Source: a virus (lineage: Duplodnaviria; Caudoviricetes). Taken from it: 25,209 nt of DNA. The position numbers and the translations under genes were made by a program. The notes beneath the pieces are model-generated. The model ran no database searches. It was not told the origin of the DNA and saw nothing but the letters and a program-made list of their open reading frames with translations. The stretch spans positions 1 through 25,209 of the IMG/VR virus record IMGVR_UViG_3300031848_000927. The stretch is one strand, 5' to 3'. Of the stretch, positions 18,738 through 25,209 are shown in pieces. Numbering within the stretch: position 1 is the stretch's first letter; each line of letters begins with the position of its first letter.

Positions 18738-19626
18738 TCAACGGAATATCAGCAGCACATGTACACCATGTACGTGTACATGTAATAGGAGCAACAGGAG
18801 ATTCAAATGTTCCGTTATAAATATTACCTAAACTTCCTCCTACTCTGCAAGTAGCACGATGCACTTCACCGTCCCAATTAATCATTAAACTTTCTAATCC
18901 AGCATTACAGGACCATCCCTTAAATTGATTTAATTTATGCTTAATAACATCGTTGGCATGCAGCATATCATTATCGTCAATGATACAGTTTGGCTTTACA
19001 GTTGCAACTTTACTTAATATCCAATCTAAGTCTGCTGTCTGATAGCGTAAATCGTCAAACCATTCTCGATTATCTGCTTCGGTCCATCTGATACGTCTGC
19101 AGACATATGGAATGTTATGTCCTTCTAACAATGTAGCTGCTGCTCTAACTTCGTCCATGTGTTCGTGATGTGCCATTAGATTGACTTGGTATAGTGTAGC
19201 CATGCCTTCCATATCTAGTAGTTGCGAGTACTTAACAACGTTTTCAGCAGCTCGCCGACTGTGTTTGTTATCAAAATGTAAACTAAACACCCATTGGTTT
19301 ACTGGTTGCTTAATGTACCAATCTGATGAGCGTAGCCCATTAGTTGTAACACTTAGCCAATCTAAACTATCTCTGGCACATTTTAATATTTCATTTATTT
19401 TAGGATGTACAGTTGGCTCGCCACCAGTTAAACTAAGACGTATTGGTTTATCTAATTCCGCTAATTTATATATTGCAGCAGTCATTGTATCTATATTAGT
19501 GTGCGGACTAAAATTATCGTGTATTTCTGCAGGACAGTATCCGCAATCTAAGTTACAGCGTTTGCCTATATTCCATTCTACATGAACACTGGTATGATGG
19601 CCCCATCGACTTTCTACTTTAAACAT
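18706..19626 (-). CDS. Radical SAM protein with C-terminal Cys-rich domain
   Basis: CNLDCGYC, TGGEPT, TTNG, and GWSCNAG...ATC...CTRTWCTCAAD. ATG at 19626 gives an 8-bp overlap with the upstream gene, consistent with coupling. Confidence 0.9.
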   Translation of the reverse strand: MFKVESRWGHHTSVHVEWNIGKRCNLDCGYCPAEIHDNFSPHTNIDTMTAAIYKLAELDKPIRLSLTGGEPTVHPKINEILKCARDSLDWLSVTTNGLRSSDWYIKQPVNQWVFSLHFDNKHSRRAAENVVKYSQLLDMEGMATLYQVNLMAHHEHMDEVRAAATLLEGHNIPYVCRRIRWTEADNREWFDDLRYQTADLDWILSKVATVKPNCIIDDNDMLHANDVIKHKLNQFKGWSCNAGLESLMINWDGEVHRATCRVGGSLGNIYNGTFESPVAPITCTRTWCTCAADIPLTKVNVLVQEI

Positions 19627-20884
19627 ACGGAATAAATTCTGGATTAGCTGCAAGGAAGTCTTGCCCACGAGTTTTATCTAAGCGTTTGTTAAACTCTATA
19701 CAGTCTTGCCAATGTGTTTCATACATACACTTTGCTTGTAAGAAGTTAATGTTATCTTGTATCTGTTGTAGTGTTACAGTTTCTAATAGTTTATGCTGTT
19801 TAACCATCGGGTATTCTAATACTTCTGTTTTCATTTGTTCTAAACGTGCTATTACTTTTGCTTTTAGTCCTGGCGGCAATACTTGCGCACTTAATGATTT
19901 AGGATAAGATACTCTGTGAGAATAAAACACAATTCCTAGTTCGTTAATAAAGTAATCAATAACTTTATCAATCTGCATTATGTTGTTTGATTGTACAGTA
20001 AATGCACCAACTACTCTGCTTACATTAGGAAAGCTCTTAAAAACTTTAATGTTTTCTTCTATTACGCTAAATTTACCATTGCCTCTAATGTACTCGTAAA
20101 CGTCATGTAAGCCGTCTATGCTTACGTTTACAGCTATGCTTTTAAACTTAGGCCAATAGTCGTGGATCGTTCTTCCACCTTTAATACCCAGTGTAGTGCC
20201 GTTTGTAGCGTACTTTAGCTCTATATTGTCACCATACTCTGCAAGCTTGTCTAATATCTTATAATGATATGGATCCATTAGTGGTTCGCCACCTGCAAAC
20301 TCTACACGCCTAAAGAATGGTAATAGTTTTTCAAACGATGTCCACCAGTTATCACTATTGTCGAATGGACCTATATACTGCCCTGGCTTAGATACAAGTG
20401 ATTCTACAATAGGAATTAATATGTTATCTTCTTTTTTATAAAACTCTGTTACTTGATCCCAATCCTTCCAGCTAGTACTGTCTAATGGATTACACATACG
20501 ACATTTTAAGTTGCATAAGTTGTTTAGTTTAATTTCCATAGTAGGAAGTTCAAACGGCATTGTATAATCTTCTTCTAGTGCAGCAAGTGCATCTGGGTAC
20601 AAGTTGACTCTAGCTTCAGGTATTACCCCTGCTATATGACGCTGTCGTAAGCTCTGCACCCCCTGATCTTCTAAGTCAAAGCAAGGCTTGCATACTTCTG
20701 GACGTTCGTTATTAAGCACTTGCTTACGTACTTTGCGCATAGTTTCGCCATTCCACACTTCTTCTAGTGTTTCGTTTTGAATATAACCAATAGGCGCACT
20801 ACGACAACATACCTTAATAGCACCGTCTTCCCGTGTAGCTAATCCTGTAAATGGGTGCATACAGAATGTGCAACTTTTATGCAT
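19619..20884 (-). CDS. Radical SAM protein with N-terminal SPASM/twitch-like Cys domain
   Basis: FCMHPF...GAIKVCC...CKPC, CNLKCRMC, FAGGEPL, ATNG and YIRG. Confidence 0.9.
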   Translation of the reverse strand: MHKSCTFCMHPFTGLATREDGAIKVCCRSAPIGYIQNETLEEVWNGETMRKVRKQVLNNERPEVCKPCFDLEDQGVQSLRQRHIAGVIPEARVNLYPDALAALEEDYTMPFELPTMEIKLNNLCNLKCRMCNPLDSTSWKDWDQVTEFYKKEDNILIPIVESLVSKPGQYIGPFDNSDNWWTSFEKLLPFFRRVEFAGGEPLMDPYHYKILDKLAEYGDNIELKYATNGTTLGIKGGRTIHDYWPKFKSIAVNVSIDGLHDVYEYIRGNGKFSVIEENIKVFKSFPNVSRVVGAFTVQSNNIMQIDKVIDYFINELGIVFYSHRVSYPKSLSAQVLPPGLKAKVIARLEQMKTEVLEYPMVKQHKLLETVTLQQIQDNINFLQAKCMYETHWQDCIEFNKRLDKTRGQDFLAANPEFIPYV

Positions 20885-21557
20885 TATCTATTCCCCATTG
20901 ACGTTCCTTGCACCAAAAACATTCTCCACATATCGGAACATCTTGTCCAGGTGTATATGTTGTATAATCCAAACCTTTAAATTCTCCTTCGCAACTGCGA
21001 GTAAGATTTAACAAATCTATAATATTGTTTTTGTAGAACTGTTGTATAATCCAATCTTTCTTAGTATACACGAAAGGATGACAAATGTCAACCCCGTTGT
21101 GTACAAAATGAGGAACTAACGTACCTTCATTACGCTCATCTAGTTGTCCAGGTATATCTATATCAGGATTCATATTTACACCGCCGTATAATGCATCTAA
21201 GTTGTATTGATGTGCAATGTATTCGTTGTGTGAACGTAATATAATCCTATTACCTGATTTCATTTTACCATACTCGTCTTTAATAAAATAATCAGTAGGC
21301 TCTTCTAATTCAGGCGGTATTAAGTTTTTGTGTATATAAAACTTATTATTAAACTCTTGTTTTAGCCAATTAATTACACCATCAGCAACGTATCCTTGCC
21401 ATGGTCGTGTCTTCCACATGCGTATTTGGTTAGTAATATGTATATCTGTAGTTGTACTTACGTTTTTACATATTAAGTAAGCAAGTAGAGCACTATCTGC
21501 ACCACCGCTTAAACTTATGCCTATTCGGTTCCACTTTTGATCTAGATATATGTTCAT
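20877..21557 (-). CDS. QueC-like PP-loop ATPase with C-terminal Zn-binding Cys cluster
   Basis: IGISLSGGADS PP-loop plus TRSC...CGECFWCKER (QueC-type C-x(n)-CxxCxxC). It lacks the QueC QRH and VPxRN motifs, so no symbol is given. Confidence 0.7.
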   Translation of the reverse strand: MNIYLDQKWNRIGISLSGGADSALLAYLICKNVSTTTDIHITNQIRMWKTRPWQGYVADGVINWLKQEFNNKFYIHKNLIPPELEEPTDYFIKDEYGKMKSGNRIILRSHNEYIAHQYNLDALYGGVNMNPDIDIPGQLDERNEGTLVPHFVHNGVDICHPFVYTKKDWIIQQFYKNNIIDLLNLTRSCEGEFKGLDYTTYTPGQDVPICGECFWCKERQWGIDNA

Positions 21558-21562
21558 AATAA

Positions 21563-21569
21563 TACTTAT
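21563..21569 (-). promoter_or_regulatory. Putative late-type promoter ATAAGTA
   Basis: Ends 5 nt before ATG 21557 in the 39-bp divergent gap. Confidence 0.5.
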
Positions 21570-21584
21570 CTATTAAGTACACAC

Positions 21585-21591
21585 ATAAATA
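21585..21591 (+). promoter_or_regulatory. Putative late-type promoter ATAAATA
   Basis: Ends 5 nt before ATG 21597 and matches 7/8 of T4 late TATAAATA. Confidence 0.55.
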
Positions 21592-21596
21592 AATAT

Positions 21597-22274
21597 ATGA
21601 TAACACAGACTTCATACTTTGTCAATGATGATATTAAACAACAGTTAAAGTCTGCTGATATAGATGTTAACTTTAAGTTGCCGTTAAACGAGCCAACTGG
21701 GGACTTCTTTTATGATGATTGGACTATTAAAGAAGAATACAAAGACACAGTATGGGACAACTTAGTATCTACATTACCTAGCAACATAGGCGAAGCACGT
21801 TTAATAAAACTAGACCCTGGGCAAGCATATCTTTCCCATGCAGATATGGATGACAGATATCATTTTAATATCCAAGGTGAACGTAGCTTTGTATTATATA
21901 CTGACGCTAATTTAATATATCCTCAAGTAGAATCAAACTATTGGTCTGATATGAATGCCGGCGAACTGCATAGTGCAGTAAATACCGGAAGTATTGATAG
22001 AATACAGTTGGTAGTTAGAAAATTACTTAATAGAAATGTATTAAAAGATCCTGTGCATATAACAATGACACTAAAGGAACTTAAATCTGATTATAGATAT
22101 GTGTTTGATGAGTTTTACAGTCCTTGGCTTAATGCAGCAAATAAAAACGGAATAGTAAATAGCTTTGTGTATGACACTAACTACGTTTCGTTTAACATTG
22201 AAAGTAGTCATTTAAAAGAATTTAAATTAATCGAAACTTCGTATTTTAATTTAGCAGTGGGAACAGCAATATGA
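21597..22274 (+). CDS. Aspartyl/asparaginyl beta-hydroxylase-like 2OG-Fe(II) oxygenase
   Basis: ARLIKLDPG...SHADMDDRYH (HxD) and LHSAVNTGSIDRIQLV (HxxxN...RxxL), plus a C-terminal extension. Confidence 0.7.
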   Translation: MITQTSYFVNDDIKQQLKSADIDVNFKLPLNEPTGDFFYDDWTIKEEYKDTVWDNLVSTLPSNIGEARLIKLDPGQAYLSHADMDDRYHFNIQGERSFVLYTDANLIYPQVESNYWSDMNAGELHSAVNTGSIDRIQLVVRKLLNRNVLKDPVHITMTLKELKSDYRYVFDEFYSPWLNAANKNGIVNSFVYDTNYVSFNIESSHLKEFKLIETSYFNLAVGTAI

Positions 22275-22840
22275 AACATTACTTAGGAAAGCTGCCGCCG
22301 AATTTATGTGACTCGTTAATTAACGAATGTCTACAACATACTGTGACGCCGTTTACTGGTAATAGAGATCTAGATCCTGGGCATGCATTTTACGAAGATC
22401 ATTTAAAACAAAAACAACTAGCCGACAAACACGGTTATTCAAAAGGCAACAGTGTAGAATTCTTTCATTACAGACCAGGCAATCACTACGACAAAGAAGT
22501 TAACAAAATAATTGGCAAGGCATCTAATACTACAGTATTACAAAGTTTTATTAGTGAAATACGTCCTGGAAAGTGCGCTCCTTGGCATTGGGATATTCCT
22601 AGTCTAACAGAGGATATTAATCTAGTCGGGTATACTAAAGAACAGTTAATGAGATGTATTTGTTTTATAGATAAACCTAAACCAGGGCAAGCATTTATGG
22701 TCGAAGACGAATGTTTCTATATGGAACCACAGGGTACTATATATCGTTATCCAAAACTAGAAAGCTGGCATGCAGGATTTAATGCCGGACTAGGCACTAA
22801 GTTCCTCTTTACATTTACAGCCTTAGTAAGTTCCGTTTAA
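22271..22840 (+). CDS. 2OG-Fe(II)/cupin oxygenase-like protein
   Basis: PGKCAPWHWD (HxD) and WHAGFNAG...K. Paralog of 16730..17236. Confidence 0.65.
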   Translation: MKHYLGKLPPNLCDSLINECLQHTVTPFTGNRDLDPGHAFYEDHLKQKQLADKHGYSKGNSVEFFHYRPGNHYDKEVNKIIGKASNTTVLQSFISEIRPGKCAPWHWDIPSLTEDINLVGYTKEQLMRCICFIDKPKPGQAFMVEDECFYMEPQGTIYRYPKLESWHAGFNAGLGTKFLFTFTALVSSV

Positions 22841-23632
22841 TTTTAATTTTTCCCTAAATGCATCAGTGAATGTTCCGTCAATGCGCATACCGTATGTCGG
22901 ACACATAACACGATTACCACCATGCCAATCTTGGTCATTCCAAAAAGCAGCCCGAGTATTAATACCGTGTTTCATCTTTTTGTCTGGATCCCATATATAA
23001 AATTGATTGCGAGTATCTGTACGAATGTGTATAAATTCGTTGTTGTGAGCTTCGTATCTGTCTTTGGGCCATATGCCATTTTGTGCGCCCAAGTCTCTAT
23101 GTTCAAATGGCAATCCATCTGCTTCACAGTGAAAGAACATTACCCGCCCAAATGATTCAAATATCTTGTTGTCTTTAAATCCTTGCAACCATTTCATTGT
23201 ATTAGGAAAGAATTTTGACTCTTCAGTTTCTTTTTTCTCTTCAGGACGATCATCCCATTCACCTTCTTCGTGCAGGAAGTAATAGATATAAGGATCGTAT
23301 GCTTCCATTGCCATTTTAAGATAGCGTGTAATTACATTACGCTGTTTATAATCTTTAAAGTCTGTAGGCCATATTTTCATACCCTCTACTTTAATTGGAT
23401 CATCGTCGGGCAATGCTTGAAACTGTTCCATTGCAGCATATATAGGTTTCCAATTAAGCGTGTAACTCATGTCTCTAAATTCAAAGCCTGGTTTCATCCA
23501 AGTGCCTTCTTTTGCAAACCATCTTGCTTCAGCAAAGCCTCGCATAATCTCTGGCTGCAATTGTTCAAACGTTTCCATGTCTACATGCTGTTCCATATCT
23601 AAGTATGGTTGTCCGTTAATACCTTTAATCAT
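22823..23632 (-). CDS. 2OG-Fe(II)/DSBH oxygenase-like hypothetical protein
   Basis: GRVMFF...FEHRD (HxD), WNDQDWHGG (distal His) and YGMRIDG (Arg). Confidence 0.55.
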   Translation of the reverse strand: MIKGINGQPYLDMEQHVDMETFEQLQPEIMRGFAEARWFAKEGTWMKPGFEFRDMSYTLNWKPIYAAMEQFQALPDDDPIKVEGMKIWPTDFKDYKQRNVITRYLKMAMEAYDPYIYYFLHEEGEWDDRPEEKKETEESKFFPNTMKWLQGFKDNKIFESFGRVMFFHCEADGLPFEHRDLGAQNGIWPKDRYEAHNNEFIHIRTDTRNQFYIWDPDKKMKHGINTRAAFWNDQDWHGGNRVMCPTYGMRIDGTFTDAFREKLKLNGTY

Positions 23633-23633
23633 G

Positions 23634-24842
23634 CTACTTCTCTTTTCTATATACTGTTAATAAATCTAATGGTTCTTTAGTTGGATTTCTAGTAAACATA
23701 TATCGTTCGATTGGACTGTCAGGAAGGACATTACCTTTATTTTTCCAAGCGTCTCTTCTAATAATCTGATGCAAGAAATTTGTTATACCACCTGGCACAA
23801 AATCACACCATGGTCCAGATCGAAGTTCTTCCATATCAATATCTGTTTCGTCACACCATTGAATAATTCTTATGTCTTTGCCGTCTACTCTAGCCATAAC
23901 ATGATATATATTATTGTCAGCTTCTACAATTCTTTCAAATGATTTATTATTATCCTTGCACCATTGTTCGATTGCTTTGTATACGTCACTAACAAATATA
24001 CGTACTTGTCCAGGATTACGACCAATGTCGCTTCCGTAACGAATCCTAAAGTTTTTACTTCGCCATTCGTTACTACATATTTCGTTCATTATAAAATTAA
24101 CTTCTTCTAGAGTCATCATAGTATAACTGATATAACTTATATGTAATCCTTCTGCATGTGCATTGTTAATAGCTTCAAGTTGTTTTCTTCTAATTACTTT
24201 GTGATCATTATAACTTGGATGATTCAATCCTATGTTAACACTACTTAATCCGCTTGCAATTGCCGACTTTACATAGTTTCTATCTGAAAACCGAATACCG
24301 TTAGTCATTACAGACACAGTAATGCTAGGATCTAAAGCATTAATTTGTTCAACAAGACTATTAAAGTCCTTACGTAAAGTTGGCTCTGCTCCACTAAGGA
24401 CGACGCGATGTATAGCATCATCGCCAAGGCGCCACTTTTTAATTTGTGAAATAATATTTTCAGCTGATTGATCTGTAAGTGCATTATCAGGTTCGTGATA
24501 ACAATGCGGACAAGCTAAATTGCACCTGTCAGTTACTTCTATTAGCACTCCGCCGTTAAAGTTGTATTGAGGGTTATCTTGGGTATAGTATATATTACGA
24601 TAAAATTCGTAATCACCTTCAATCATGTGGTGACTTGTACCGTGTGTATCACAATGTTTGGCTATAAATACCTGATTATTTTTATGATATCGTAATGCAG
24701 GAACATGATAATGACAGTGCTGGCATAGACTAACAGTGGGCAACAGTTCATTACCATCGACGTCTTCTATTGCAGAACGTATAGTATCAATTGCGTTCTG
24801 CGTAAATTGATTTATGCCAACTATTTTAATTTGATCTAACAA
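23634..24842 (-). CDS. Radical SAM protein with N-terminal Cys/His domain (MoaA/MJ0619-like architecture)
   Basis: TVSLCQHC...KHCDTHG N-terminal domain, IEVTDRCNLACPHC, LSGAEPT and MTNG. TTG start preceded by AAAGGA. Confidence 0.85.
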   Translation of the reverse strand: MLDQIKIVGINQFTQNAIDTIRSAIEDVDGNELLPTVSLCQHCHYHVPALRYHKNNQVFIAKHCDTHGTSHHMIEGDYEFYRNIYYTQDNPQYNFNGGVLIEVTDRCNLACPHCYHEPDNALTDQSAENIISQIKKWRLGDDAIHRVVLSGAEPTLRKDFNSLVEQINALDPSITVSVMTNGIRFSDRNYVKSAIASGLSSVNIGLNHPSYNDHKVIRRKQLEAINNAHAEGLHISYISYTMMTLEEVNFIMNEICSNEWRSKNFRIRYGSDIGRNPGQVRIFVSDVYKAIEQWCKDNNKSFERIVEADNNIYHVMARVDGKDIRIIQWCDETDIDMEELRSGPWCDFVPGGITNFLHQIIRRDAWKNKGNVLPDSPIERYMFTRNPTKEPLDLLTVYRKEK

Positions 24843-25207
24843 TTATTAGTTCCTTTATTGTATATTTGTTTTGCTGCATCTATAAAATCGTCAGTGTAGT
24901 TTTTTCTAAAACTTTCAAAACATAAATGTTGTAGTGTATTTAACGATTCTGGCTCGTCCCAACTTATGCCCATAGTCTCTATCTGTGTACGCATTATATC
25001 TTGCCTTGTACTGTATATATGACTAGCATGATCTGAAATCTTAATTGAGCCTTCACTTTTGTGATAGCAGAAAAAATGATTAAAACTTTTTAATTTTCCG
25101 TCTATTATAAAGTAGCTGCTAGGATGTAAACTGTATTTGTATAATCCTAGGTCTTTATATGCTTGTAATATTGCAAGCATTTGATCTCGCCAGTCTGGCA
25201 GCACACT
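24836..25207 (-). CDS. Protein kinase-like fold protein, C-terminal part (5'-truncated by window)
   Basis: The frame is open to the window end. LGLYKYSLHPSSYFIIDGKLKSFNHFF has the spacing of the kinase catalytic loop (HxDxxxxN) to DFG segment, but the residues are degenerate. Confidence 0.4.
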   Translation of the reverse strand, partial: SVLPDWRDQMLAILQAYKDLGLYKYSLHPSSYFIIDGKLKSFNHFFCYHKSEGSIKISDHASHIYSTRQDIMRTQIETMGISWDEPESLNTLQHLCFESFRKNYTDDFIDAAKQIYNKGTNNC

Positions 25208-25209
25208 AT

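Noticed and set aside
18756-18786. Cluster of short palindromes (CATG/GTAC/ACGT; TGTACA, ACATGT) near a convergent junction
   Set aside because: Explained by the Cys/Thr codons of CTRTWCTC on the minus strand, and there is no stable terminator stem with a U-tract.
20877-21557. Calling queC, and queE for the adjacent radical SAM genes (7-deazaguanine DNA modification)
   Set aside because: QueC-specific motifs are missing, the rSAMs are too long and carry extra Cys domains, and no folE/queD/dpdA lies in the window.
1559-23660. Short alternative-frame/antisense ORFs in the track (e.g. 1559..1762, 1832..2056, 3071..3268, 6262..6507, 7550..7765, 16375..16746, 19181..19585, 23270..23602)
   Set aside because: They lie wholly or mostly within longer motif-bearing CDS, mostly antisense, and have no recognisable motifs. 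They are treated as shadow ORFs.
1-25209. Stop-codon reassignment, as seen in some large phages
   Set aside because: The standard code gives full-length, abutting ORFs. TAG (e.g. 11928, 15178, 23634), TGA and TAA all end genes at coupled junctions.
1-25209. tRNA, rRNA, CRISPR array, integrase/transposase, intron or intein
   Set aside because: The longest intergenic gap is 94 bp, and I saw no repeat-spacer periodicity, cloverleaf, mobile-element motif or intein motif.

Overview
AT-rich (roughly low-30s %GC by eye), almost gap-free window of 32 CDS, the first and last truncated by the window edges. It encodes almost only small-molecule/macromolecule modification enzymes: 7 radical SAM proteins, 5 2OG-Fe(II)/DSBH oxygenase-like proteins, 3 PP-loop (SGGxDS) ATPases including a QueC-like one, a flavin-dependent tryptophan-halogenase homolog, a class III aminotransferase, an amidinotransferase, a pyruvoyl SAM-decarboxylase homolog, 2 methyltransferases, 2 glycosyltransferase-like proteins, a sulfotransferase-like protein, an SGNH hydrolase, a cysteine-hydrolase-like protein, a nucleotide-sugar dehydrogenase and a kinase-like protein. 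There are no housekeeping, transport, regulator, structural or replication genes. ATGA-type gene overlaps, overlapping convergent gene ends and a TAA(A/G)TA T4-late-promoter-like motif in every intergenic gap suggest a large T4-like/jumbo dsDNA phage. That origin is inferred, since no hallmark phage gene lies in the window. The best candidate for an undescribed system is this apparently late-expressed 'tailoring enzyme' supercluster, especially the minus-strand operon 17236->9714 (oxygenase-halogenase-aminotransferase-amidinotransferase-methyltransferase-SAMDC). Several of its enzymes carry unusual active-site substitutions. All product calls come from motif recognition by eye, not database searches.
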